A stretch of DNA of 64,000 bases. Source: Chrysomallon squamiferum. Taxonomy: Eukaryota; Animalia; Mollusca. The notes beneath the pieces were generated by a model. It was given only the letters and a program-made list of their open reading frames with translations, was not told where the DNA came from and did not search any database. Below, piece after piece: positions 11,660 through 26,002 of the stretch (the first letter of the stretch is position 1; each line of letters starts with the position of its first letter). A program made the position numbers and the translations under genes. The stretch is taken from NCBI GenBank assembly GCA_012295275.1, contig CM022675.1, positions 14,508,001-14,572,000 of the forward strand. The letters are read 5' to 3'.

Positions 11660-12574
11660 TAAATAAATAAATAAAAATAAACTAAAAATAAATAAATAAA
11701 TAAATAAATAATTGTTGGTGGTGTTGTTGTTGTTGTTAAACGGTTGGATGTAACATTCATAAACACAACAACAGGCACACATTAAAAATGAATTGTTAAC
11801 TAGCGGTTAATGTACAAAATGCATTTTCGTTATTAACCGCTAAGTACATGTAAATTATGAACAACTTACAATAATAGAACATTTCTTTTCTTTTCTATTT
11901 TTTCAAAAGTGTGACAATTTGATATTTTATCGAGAAATAAATATAAATATTAGGAAATCTAGAAACGTTTTTAAACTATTCTTTCTAAATAAACACTTTA
12001 ATAAGCTGTCGTTATTTTTTCAGAACTGTACTTAAACTCTCATATAATACCTTCATTAAAAAAAAAAAAAGCCTTTTTTCAATATTTTACCTTTCTTAAA
12101 GAAAAGAAGAAGGAAAAAACAATTTCCTGTAACTCTGTGAGTTTCTATAACACATTATATTTCGTGCATATTTGACACCACGTACAAAATCTGCAAACCA
12201 TATTGAATAGTGGCGTATAAAAATTAAACTAATATTTTTATTTCAGGTAAAAAAATATCTTGTTTTTCTCCATCCCGCTCGCCGATACATATTTGCACTC
12301 CATATGTACTAAGAGTTAAATTGAAACCTGCTACATATGTAATCTGCACGTGCGACAAAGTTCTCTGCTTCCGGTTAGCCACGTGCACGGATGTTTGAGG
12401 TGTACCCTCCGCAAAGTGAAACGTTTTGTGTGTTGCTTGATGAAAGAATACATATATGTATGTGTGTGTCTGTGCGTGTATGTAAATATGTATGTATGTA
12501 TGTGTCTGTGTGTATGTATATATGTATATATGTGTTTATAGTGTGTGTGTGTGTCTGCGTGTGTGTATATATAC

Positions 12575-12621
<47 letters not shown>

Positions 12622-12757
12622 TAGATATAGATATACATATATATTCATACATACATACATACATACAAACACAAAGATATACTTGAATACAGTGTGAATT
12701 AGTTTAGCAAGGTGAACGTACTAAATCAGTTTGTTTATAAAATAAAAATACAGTTAC

Positions 12758-12933
12758 CTGTCGTTCTGTTAGATTGAGTGCTACTGCTATTTCGTAACGC
12801 CTCAGTCTGGTGAGATAATTGTGTACTGCGAACTCTTTTTCCAGTTCTCGAATTTGGTGTTTGGTAAACGCTGTTCTCTCTTTGCGTGGTTTTGACGACA
12901 AATCTAATTTATAAGATCCATTCACTGTGGAAT
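12758..12933 (-). CDS. Mox: Mox/Meox homeobox gene A, exon 2 ([59 protein letters not shown])
   Basis: [11 protein letters not shown] and [14 protein letters not shown] are diagnostic of the Meox/Mox family. Acceptor ATTTCAG| at 12934; donor CAG|GTAACT at 12758/12757 (phase 0, between ERQ and VKV). Confidence 0.97.
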
Positions 12934-12949
12934 CTGAAATAATAATAAC

Positions 12950-13000
<51 letters not shown>

Positions 13001-13685
13001 GTAGTAGTAATAATAATAATTATAATAATAGTAATAATAATAGTATAATAATAATAACAGTAATAATAATAATGATGATGATGATGATGATGAAAGTTAC
13101 AACGATGATGACGATGATGCAGATGACGATGATAATAGTAATAATAATAGTAATGATAATAATAATGATAATAACAACAACTACCACAATAATAATAAAA
13201 TTAACAACAACATCGACGACGACAACAATAACAACAATAATAATAGTAATACCAACAAACAACAACAGTATCAATAACAACAACAACAATAATAACAATA
13301 GTATTAATAGTAGTAACAACAGTAAACAAAATCAATAAAAACAATAATACATTTATTTAGAAATAAATGAGGTAATGTTCATATTGCATTTATGATTGTT
13401 CATTTAACAATATATATTATGTTTTTCAAGCTTATTATAAAATTAGTATTTTAATACTTCACTCTGTTATGTGAATCACAATAAGTATGTGAATCCATAC
13501 AGGCAAGTATACAAAGTTTTCTTTTCAATGTTTAAACGTTTAATTTTATAAAATAAATAAATAAGTAAATGGTATGTGACGGCTAAGAATTATTATTATT
13601 ATTTTAATTTAACACAAATTTAACACATATAATTATGAACAAGTTCTGTAAACGAATTATAATTACGGTGAACTCATACTAATTT

Positions 13686-14190
<505 letters not shown>

Positions 14191-15125
14191 TGATGGTAAC
14201 AATAGCAACAGCAACAACAGTAATAATAATAATAATAATATCAAAAAATAATAATAACAATAACAATAACAACAATAATAATAACAACAATATAACAATA
14301 ATAATAATAACAATAATAATAATAATAACAACAATAATAAAAATAATAATAATAATAATAGCAACAATAACAATAATAATAATAATAATAAACACTTAGA
14401 AATGATAAATATAGTCACAAATATAGAAATTGGGTTTTCAATATAGTGCAAAATGTGTTTATTTATTTATTTATTATTTTAAGTTATTTCAGTTTATTTG
14501 TGATAGTTGTATTATTTGTGTTATTTATGTATTCATTCATTCATTTATTCATTCATTTATAAAGTTATTTATCAACCAAAATCTTGTCTCTTGTGGTAAG
14601 AACGTACACTTCAGTTCAGTGAAGTAAAGATCACGTGTTCTTCCCATCTAATTACACTCATACTACAAATAAATGATGTGTCGTTACTATAACAACAATA
14701 ATCATCCATTGTTATTTGTTCAGCTGGCAAAAGACGAGGAACTTCTGTCTCCTACAATTTCTCTTTGTCACGACGTGATTAGTGACTTCTGTGTTCTACT
14801 GAAGCTGATGGTACTAAGATTTGTTCTTACTACGGTAAGACGACATTTCGTGAAAACAGAAACTGAACAATTTCTGTTCGACTGTTACATGTAATTACTT
14901 GTTTTCATGGATTAACAATATGTAAATCATAGTATTCCACAAACATAAATAACTATTTAAGTATATTTTTGTCTTATTTATACATAAACTCTTCTGTATT
15001 TATTTTTTTACTTATTTATTGAAGGCATATTAAATTTTGTTAGAACCTTGCTTTCTTATTAGATATAGTAATAACAATAATAATAATGATGATAATAACA
15101 TTAACAATAACAGCAACAATAACAA

Positions 15126-15158
<33 letters not shown>

Positions 15159-15543
15159 TACAAAATAAATAATAATAATACTAACTGTAATAATAGCAAT
15201 AACAATAGCAATGACAACAACAGCTACAATAACAACAACAGTAATAATAACAACAATAACAACTACAAAAAATAATAAACTGAATAAAAAAGTTTAATTG
15301 TTGTCAAATCTATTTAATCATTAAACAATAATTACTTATTTCTTTTTCTTTTCTGCAAAATTAGTTTCTATGGTTTAAAAATAAATAAATAAACAAGAAA
15401 AAAATATGAAATAGTAAATAACAAACAAAGTGACAACCGCAAAGATCATAATTATGATAATGAATTTTAAAATTAACGAAAACAATGCTACTAATTTATT
15501 TACATTATTATAATAATTACTAATGCAATAAAAATAATCATGC

Positions 15544-15597
<54 letters not shown>

Positions 15598-17513
15598 CAA
15601 CAACAACAACAACAATAATATTAATAATAATATATTAATTTCTTAAATGTTTAATATTTCTTTGACTGTTTTATGTTTTCTAAAATGTTTTCTATTTCAT
15701 ATAAAGTTTCCAATGTCATACAGCGATATTAATTTTTAAAATCGTCCTATTCATTTTATATTTACAGTTTTCTTAATTTCCCATAACAGTTTTCTGTAAT
15801 ATTTTTTGTTTTTCTGCAATGATTCAATTTTCTAGATAATTATGAGGACAACGTGTGAGACGCAGCCACACACGAGAGTCGTACAAACAGTTTCCACTCT
15901 CAGATGTCTGTCACTGTAGCAGCTACAAGTGAAGTTGTTCGGCGAAGAAGCTAGCTGCTCGAAAACTCAACAAAGTTTTGAAATCAAGTATTATCTACTT
16001 GCTGCACGCGATTTTAACTGCCGCAGTTCAAACAAACACAATACTGGGTAATTCAACAAAAATAAATAAGCCGAGCGCCATCCAACGGCCTTGTTTCTCT
16101 GCACGTGCTGAGAGAAATGTATCAAAGTTATTGTGAAGAATAATAATAATAAAGAGATCGCTTTGATGAATTTTTCTTCAAGAGTAGTTCCCCCTGGCAA
16201 AGTTCTAGTTAGGAATAAAAATAATGGGGGACGAAAAAGAGATGTGTTGTTAAAATGGAAAAGACAAAGAAATGTCCAAGTCAATGTCCTTTCTCGTGCT
16301 AATTTGTTTTGTCAATGCTGGTGGTCTTGAAAACAGAAGTTAAAAAAAAAAGTCCTTCGTGACCTTACTATCGACCCGGAACACAGGTGGCGCTGCAGTG
16401 TAGCACAGGAAGTGGTTTAGTTTGATGTATTAATTCATTTTGATGTGGACTTAAAAGTTATTCTAGTTTATTTTTTGATGTTGTAGCTGTCAAAACAAAT
16501 TTGTGTATGTGAATTCGTAGCTATGCGTTTGTTTCGAGAAAGTCAAAATTGTACATTTACATATTTATTTATTTATTTATTTATTTACTTACTTACTTAA
16601 TTAGTTAGTCAGTTACTTACTTACTTATGTATTTCCTTACTCATTTATTCCTGAATTAAATTAAAGAAATACAAGATATTTCTAGAAGAAGCAAGTAATA
16701 TTACTACTTGTTTTTTATTACATGCACACATATTTATATTTAGTAGTATACTGGATCTCTCTGTTTGTCTGTCTGCCTTTCTGTCTATCTGTCTGTGACA
16801 ATCCATTTGTCTGATTGTCCAGTTATATATAAATTCGTGTTTGACTCTTTCCTAACTCATTAATTTAAAAATACTTATTTTAATTATTATTATTATTAGT
16901 AGTAGTAGTAGTAGTTGTATTCATTAATTCGAGAAAACAAAAAGAAAAAATTATAATTTTGGAAAAAAAGAAAAGAAAAGACTACCTTTCACAATGTTAT
17001 AGTTTATTTATCATTTCTCTCAGAAAACCAAATATTGTAAATGTCACAAAAATATTTCACTTTTGAAATGTCATTCGCTGGTGGCGTCACCTCCTCTGCC
17101 AAAGTAAATCTAAATATACATATCTTTGATTCTGCTCTGTGTACATCCTACCATGGCCGAAGCGCACCTTAGAAAAACAAGGGCTAGCGTGGCGATATGT
17201 CAGAGCGAGCCGACAGGGACGTGTCAGTCTGAAGTTAAATATACACAGCATTTCTTAGTTCAGAGCTGTTTTCTTAGATCCCTGGGAACGAAAATATTAA
17301 AATTAAAGATCGTTTCAGTGAACTATCGAGTTCAGTTTGTATTCTATGTATGTTAAAAATACTTCCAGTTGATTTTAACACGGTTAACATTCAAATTGTG
17401 TGCATTTCTCGATGAGTGAAATTGTTATATACCTTTTTACGTGTTTTCTTTATTTAAATTTTTCTTTCTTTCTCTCTCTCTCTCTTTCTATATATATATA
17501 TATATAAATATAC

Positions 17514-17597
<84 letters not shown>

Positions 17598-18428
17598 GGT
17601 TGCCAATTGCAACTATGAAAGAATATATTAACAGAAGTATAGTTATACTGAATAATGGCGGATATCTGGAATTATAAATATATTTTTCTGTAAGTATCGT
17701 TACATAATTATTTACATCCACAGTCAGATCTATGTTTTCTGAAACTGTAAGTATTTTAGTCCTAATTAACAGCAGATAACAAGCCAAAAACCGCCAATCG
17801 TAAATTCAGTGGTCTTAAACATTCCGACTCAAAAGCTGATCTGTGCTTCCTACTTTTCTTTGTTTCCAATTATTCAGCTAACAACTCCAGTAAAGAAAAA
17901 TAGTGCGCATTCGTATGCTTTTCCGCCTGAGTGCCAAATATTCTTCCGCGTGTGCGGCGAATTAATAAGCAATTATCGTGAGGGAGGTAGACGGGGAAAT
18001 TAATTAGCGTAAAGCAAATGAGATTTTCACTAGCTTTGATCTTTACTGCACATTTTCACCGACATGAAGCACATATGTCTGTAATAATAAAACTATCGAC
18101 GCTGTGGCTGTTTGAATGTGATAAATTAAACAATATTAGGACACTGTATTCATTTAAATAGCAGTGGAGACGAATTCAGATATGAATTATATTTACTGTA
18201 CTAGCAAAGCAATTACATTTTATGAATCTTAGAGATGATGGACTTTGGATTGTACTGTGCTGTTTTGCTTTGTTTTTATTTTGTGTTGTTTATTTGTTTT
18301 GTTCTTGTTCTTGTTCTTGTTTTGAAGTTGTTGTTGTAGTTGTTTTGTTTTCTTTTGTTTTATTTGGGTTTTTTTTAACCTTTACAGGATTTATTTAAAA
18401 ACTGTTGTTATTGTTAATGTTATTGTTA

Positions 18429-18489
<61 letters not shown>

Positions 18490-18578
18490 AAACAAATACA
18501 TAAGCAACGAAAAACAAGCAACAACAAAATTTGATATTTTATTTAATAAACTGAAGCTATTTACTTTAAGTGTAAGTA

Positions 18579-18626
<48 letters not shown>

Positions 18627-18644
18627 CATTATTATTATTATTAT

Positions 18645-18679
<35 letters not shown>

Positions 18680-18899
18680 AAAACAAATACAAAAGCAACG
18701 AAAATCAAAGAACAACAAAATTTAAAATACGAAAAATGATTTGACATTAATTTTTCTGTAAAAAGTTTCATGAATAATTTAATAAATATAATGAAACGAG
18801 TGTCAAGTTAAACAGAAAGGAGATAAACGGGATCTTCGGTATTATCTCCCCTGTCTTTAATCATAAAACCATCTGCGAGACAACTGGTTCCAATTTGTC

Positions 18900-19160
18900 A
18901 CGTTTATTCAACGAAATAACTCACTACGCATGATTATCGCGCCCCATGACAAGATGGCGTTGTGGTCACGTGATCCAGACAGTGATCAAACGGTAAATTA
19001 GTTTCATACGTGGTACGGTTTAATTTGTTGTGATATATGATTCGCTTGTTGGCAAACGTTTTCTTCTCTTTACGCTGACCAATCAAACGCAATTGAAAGC
19101 ACGTGCGGCCGGCCATCTTGAAACCTCTAGCTATGAATCCTGCTGCGATTTAGCGGGGTA
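18900..19160. promoter_or_regulatory. Promoter-like motif island within Mox-A intron 1
   Basis: YY1-type CAAGATGGCG (about 18950) and opposite-strand GCCATCTTG (about 19112), GTCACGTGAT E-box (about 18966), GACCAATCA CCAAT box (about 19077), and CACGTG (about 19100). Confidence 0.5.
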
Positions 19161-21223
19161 TTTCTGTTATAGCTCTAGCTGACGTCTTGATACAACTGGG
19201 GAACATTTGTATTAGTTAGGAGATAATTCTAGGAAAATAAAAATCAAATTAAAATACCTGAAGTGACAAAATATTTGATTTGTTTGGGTTTTCCTAGACA
19301 TATCTGACATCTTATTGTTCTTTCTTTTTCTTGTTTAGATGTCATTTTAAAGTTTTAACAGATAAGGAAATATTCTTTAAAATAATAATAATGTTGTGTT
19401 AATAATATGTACCATTCTGAAATCCTCTTGAAAAACAAACAAAAGGAAGTAAAAGTAAAGAAGGAAAAATCATATAGAGAAGAAAGAAAAATATATTTTA
19501 AAGACAACACTTTAATAATACTTCGATCAAATATATTTTCATTAAATATAATCATACTTATAGTCTTATAAATATTTTTTTTATATATATATATAATGAT
19601 TTAGTTGAGATTTTGATGTTGTTTTTTTCCTTCTTTTTTTTTTTCTTTTACTGAATTAAACGTTTTGCAGCTAGGTTTTCGTTTTGTCCTTATTTTATTA
19701 TTTTTAAAAGATATATTTTACTTAATTATGATTTTTATAACATGTACAAAAATACTTAATATAATAGCATGTTTATTTTAAATTTCTAAAATGATTCTGT
19801 TTTATTTTATTATTATTTTTATATGCTTTTTATAATTATATTTTATATGCATGTGTCTGTCTGTCTGTGTGGTTGTGTGTATATCTGTATATATATAAAT
19901 ATTTATTTTTATATTATTTATTTGTTTGTTTATTTCTCTGTTTGTGTTTTCTAAAAGACATATCATCTGCACTAATCATCTGGCGCCAGAGTAGTTTTCG
20001 GACATATGTCGTACGGTCACGGAAAAAACCGAAACGAAATGTCAGGTTCAAAAAGCTTGAAGTATCAAAACCGCCATCTAATTGTTACAAAAACAACAAT
20101 CCAGCAGCCAGGGATCAAAGGAGAAACCCGTAATGAGAACTTCTCTCTAACCCTTACCCAAGTTCATTGTCAATATTTTCATTTTACTGTAGCGACATTC
20201 GAGATTGAAAAACAATGACCACTTCAAACAACGCGCAACGAGATCTCGCTGTAACGAGACTTGAACGAACGCGGTAGCGAACGGTCTTATTTCTTAATAT
20301 GTTTATTGTCGTTCTGCATTGTCAACTTTTAGAAAGTTTATTGGAGCTTTCAGGGCGTGGGTGGCCCGATGTTCCGCTCTGCTCGCTCCAGAAAGTAACA
20401 GTTCTTAGTAAATTCCCACAAAACAACTGAACACGTGTGGAGAAGTATTTTTATAATCGATGTTCCGTGAGAGATAGGATCAGTAATCTCTAAAGAATGA
20501 AAACTTCAGAATTTCAATATTTAAATACGGTGCATTTAATGTGATTATTTCATTTTAGAGTTAAATGAAATATAGTTATTTAAATTAAATTTAAGTTATT
20601 TAGTTAAGCTGTGTAACAGTTAAGATTATGAACAAGTTGCTGAAATATTAGGAAATAATTTACAAATACTTTTTGTCGGTGATTCTGGACCGTTTCTGCT
20701 TATCTGTATGTCTGTATGTCTGTGTGTGTTTCAGTGTGTTTATGCGCGCGCGTACATCTTCATATATAATAAGAACTTCATAATCAAGTATATAGATATT
20801 AGCTGAATGAACTTTTGAAAAACATTTACTCACGAGCTGGTAATCTGAAAAAGTCTATCAGTGATATTGTATATTCCATAATTATTTTGTTAATTATTTT
20901 TATGTTTCTAAAAACTTATTAATTTCTTAAAATTATCTTCTAAGAATCTTACATATTTCAGTAAAAATTTTACATTTACTTTTTTTATCTTTGGTCTTCT
21001 ATAACTTTAACATAGCTTTCTATTTTGCTCTTTAGTATTCTTTTTACTTCGTACTCTTCTCTTTTTTCACGTTCTAACTCTACATCTCTCTCTCTCTCTT
21101 ATTATTATTATTATTATTGTTGTTGTTGTTGTTGTTGTTGTTATTGTTATTGTTATTGTTGTTCTTGTTGTTCTTATTATTATTGCTATTTATTTATTTA
21201 TTTAATTTTTGGGTTTTTTCTCT

Positions 21224-21461
21224 CAAAACGCACCAACATCATATAATCTCTGCTTACAAGTTTTTATCTTTTCGATACCATTTTTTCAACGTCCAAATCA
21301 TCTATCTCTTTTAAAACGAACTTTTCGCGTCGCTTACAGTGAACAGGGATTCTTAGATTTGAAAGATGCAATTACACAAACATATAATCATTAGTTCAAT
21401 CATTCACACTGAAATGAACACAACAGACACACAGAAACAAAAAAGTGTAAACGTATGTACT

Positions 21462-21495
<34 letters not shown>

Positions 21496-21539
21496 CGTAT
21501 GTATATGTATGTGTATGTGTATATGTATGTATGTATGTG

Positions 21540-21571
<32 letters not shown>

Positions 21572-21719
21572 TGTATGTATGTATGTATGTATGTATGTAT
21601 GTATGTATGTATGTATGTATCTTATTTCAGAACAGATATTCTTCGCTTAACATTTATTTATTTTATATTCAGTCATCTCTATTTCCTTCTTTATTCTTTC
21701 TTCAACACAACTACGTTTT

Positions 21720-21773
<54 letters not shown>

Positions 21774-22048
21774 CTCTTACCCTCATTATAGAGATATTTT
21801 ATTAAACATTTGCACCTTAATCTTGTTTATTTTAAACCTTTTCCCATATTTTTTATTTCATTTTTTCTTTTTTTCAAAACGCACCAACATCATATAATCT
21901 CTGCTTACAAGCTTCTATCTTTTCAGTGCGATGTACCATTTTTCAAAGCCCAAATCATCTATCTCTTTTAACACGAACTTTTCGGGTCGCCTACAACGAA
22001 CAGGGATTCTCAGATTCGAAATATGTAATTACACAAACGGATATAATC
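21224..22048 (+). repeat. Diverged local duplication: two copies of about 170 bp (about 21224-21390 and 21875-22048)
   Basis: Both copies read CAAAACGCACCAACATCATATAATCTCTGCTTACAAG...CCAAATCATCTATCTCTTTTAA...CGAACTTTTCG...GAACAGGGATTCT. A (TATG)n tract lies between them. Confidence 0.88.
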
Positions 22049-23612
22049 TTACATCTGTTTTTCTCGAATTCAAGCACTCACTCGAACAATTTATCGTTGT
22101 TTCTCTACAACTCTGCATAGAGAAAACCTAGGCGCCTATAGCATTATGCACGAGTTGCAATTGAAGCGAGCCTACGTTTTGGCGTCATATCCTATTAAAA
22201 TTTAATGAAATGAGGGCGGTAAACATCGATTTGACACGCCACGATAACTGGGGTGGTCGATAACGTATCAGAGGTCGATACGGCGGTTTGATGTTGCGAT
22301 TGAAGTGGCGGCGAAATTGTCAACCTTTTGAGCGAAGTGAGACTTAAACAGACTCTAATTGGATATAAAAACAACGAAAAATATTTACCAAAAAAAATAA
22401 ATAAATAAAAAATTTTAAAAATGTAAAAAAGAAAATTAAAAACACCTAAAAAAAAATTAAAAAGGAATATAAATACAATTATAAACGAAAATAAAATAAA
22501 ATCATATATACCAGACTAATATCAGAAAGTTGATTTATCTAAACACTTTATCTAATTTATCTTGATTTTTTAAATTTCAAATCATAATTATTCACACCTG
22601 AAGCGACCTCTGGAAGCGATGTCGATAAAATAAAATAACTAAAAAAGTTAATAAATGAATGTTTGCATAACGTTTTACTGTTAACAGGTTTATGAGTGGC
22701 AAAGTTTTAGGTTTAAAAAGTAATAGCATTAAAAAAAAAAAAAGGCGTTTTAGGCGATTCTTACTGACTGGAAGCTGCACACAGAACATTCCACAAGTTT
22801 CCTCTGATATCAGCTTTACATCACATAGTTCACATAGTTTAATTTCTAACAACAGTAAAAATAAATCTTCTGCTACTTCTACTATTATTTGACTCTGTAA
22901 TATAGATTACTATTAGTACAACAACAACTACTACTACTACTACTGCTACTGCTACTGCTACTTCTACAGCTGATTCAACCACCATTATTTACTGTTAATA
23001 CTACTTGTTATTACTTCTGATATTTCTGCTGCTGCTGCTGCTGCTGCTACTACTACTACATCTACTGCTACTACCATTCCACTGCTTTTATCACTTACAA
23101 ATTACTATTAAAACTATTAACGTCTACTAAAATAAATTTTCTAAAGCATTATTTTCACGACTATTATCAATCACTTTATTAATACTATGAAACAGTTAAC
23201 CGTATCATATAAATCCTAGTCTTGATAATAACCGACGTATTCAGTATTACCCTTTTTCTCTAGCTCAGAACTATGAAATATTCAGAAAACTTCCTGCATT
23301 CCGAGAGAGATTTTCTTGTACCGGAATACAACATGTTTTCGAGTGCACTGTGATATCGGACGCCAATAAGTCGCCATAAAGCATTTGAGTACAGACTCGA
23401 TCCCCTAGGATACGCAGCTTTATCAATGGTAGTCCGCCCCATTCTCCTCCGAACTTTCATTCACATCCAGTGATAGGAATATCGCGAAATTCTTTTTCTG
23501 AACAAATCATGTAAACCACATGTCAAAATGTACACACAAAGTGTGCACCCACAATGAACTAGCGATTTGTGTTTCATCACACGACTCCAGGGACAACCGA
23601 AATGGAAATGCA

Positions 23613-23720
<108 letters not shown>

Positions 23721-24455
23721 AATATAATAAAATTCACAGAATTATAATTTTTATTAACATTTCTGATAATTGCGTTGTAATTAACTGACATTAGTTTCGA
23801 TTAATTCAGGAGCGAATATTTTTTTTTAGAAATTTTAAGATTGTGAAATTATTAATCTTAGAAAATCATTTATTAGCATCTTTACTGGTAATAACAGTAG
23901 TAGTAGCAGTAGCAGCAGTAATAGTAGCAAGCTTCTCTATCTATCTATCTAAATATATATGTGCCGGTTTATTATTATTATTTTTTTTTTTTTTTTTTTT
24001 CAATTTTCATTGCTTTGTATATTAAATTGAAGTGTGTTTTTTGAAATCTCACTTTTCACAAAGAAAAAAATAGAAAGTTTGTTGCACTAGTTAAAACTAA
24101 TCTGATAGGATAGGATAGGATATATTTTTTTCAAGTGAATCTAAATGTTAGATAGAACAGGAATTAAATCAGGAATAACTCTTCTAGACCGTTCAAAGGT
24201 CATTAACTCCGAGATCATGAAAGTAACGAAGCACTTAATTGTTAATTAAGATCGCTTCCGATACAAGCGGTACGCAGTTGGACACCAGTGGAGTGTGACG
24301 TCAGAGCTACTTGACTCCTCGTAATTTCTACGCTTCGTTTTGCACATGACTGATAACCAAGTCACTAGGACGGTGTCTATTGGCCCGGCGCCCGTAATGT
24401 GTGGTCGAAATCGAACGTCATTGTCTGAACTTTTTGAAGTAATTGATTTAATAAA

Positions 24456-24537
<82 letters not shown>

Positions 24538-26002
24538 CTTTGTTATTTTTCTCTCAATCTCTCAGCTTGTATTTGTTAATTTATTATTTTTATTGTTTGT
24601 TTACTTCTGATTTCAGTTTTCGCTATTTTCTATTCAATTTTATTTATTTATTTATTCTATTATTTTATTATAATCTAGTCTTTCATAAATTACATATATA
24701 CATTTTCTGATAGTAATAATTTAGTTTTATCTAAAAAGATGAGATTTCTTGCTGGTTGATTATATAATCGTCTGTATTTAGTTTTTATATTAATTTAATT
24801 TATCCCTAATTATATACAGTGTTAAATAAGTATCCTTAATAACTCATGGAACATTATTATAGTTACTATTATTCAATAAAAAGAACGTAATGTAACTTTT
24901 TTCTCAAATTTTGTAAGAACTGCATGAAAGCTTTGTGCTTTGCTGTTGACATTTTTGTTTCATTAATATAGATTTTTAGTGAATACATTTCTGTTATCGC
25001 TATATATAGATTGTTAAAATTTACGTGAGGAGAAAAAAGAACGAAAGAAATAAAAGAAAAGATAGAAAAGAAAAAGAAAAAAGAGAAAAGAAGAAATAAA
25101 TGAAGAAAAAAGAAACGACACAAACAGAATATTAGCAGACACACTGTAGGGTAATTAGTAGAGTGTTAATATGTCAAACCACGAGTTAACCAGTAAGTAC
25201 TGTTAGACCTTTATTGGTTTTTATTCATGTTTAATGATATTGCATTTTTTCAGTTTTATTTCTTTATTTCTTCTTTTCTTTCTTTTTCCATCTTTTCTTT
25301 CATTCTTTTGTCTTAGTACCTAATTTTTGACAATCTAAATTAATTTATTCTCCGTGGTATATGTGTAATAACATTACAAAATGTATGTGTGTGTATATAT
25401 ATACTGATCTATACGGCAATACTGCTTTCAAACCAAGGCAAAAAAAACACCTATAAAAATGTACATATGACACTACATTAATATATCTCGACGGATTTGT
25501 TACCATGTGCTGGAAACATTTTAAATAAATGTAAAAACAAAAACAAAGTATTAAATATACATTTACGTGTGTATTTTTAAATAAAATTACGTTCAAATGG
25601 TAAAAGCTGCATTATTTTCACAAAGAAGCTTTCCACTTTGAAGTGAGGTTTGTTTCGTTACAAGACAGTTCCCAACACGACACGTTTGTTCACGACCCGC
25701 GGCCACACTTTGATGCTGCATGGAAGAATCGTGTGTTTAAACTATCACGTGTCTTTTATGTGAAAACCTGGTGCGAGGATGCACGACTTTAGGTGATAGA
25801 CGACAACAGAGACAAATCACGACTTAGACAGCTGGTGACCTCTGGTGTTCCTTTTTATATGTCTGCCATTAGAGCCGAATTATTTGCTGATTATGTCTGT
25901 ACTGAAATATTTTATGTTAAAATACTGGCTTTTCAATTTGTGTTTTATTTCTTAAAGAAATTTTCAAGAACTGTTTATAATTAGAGCTTCTTTAGGATTG
26001 CT

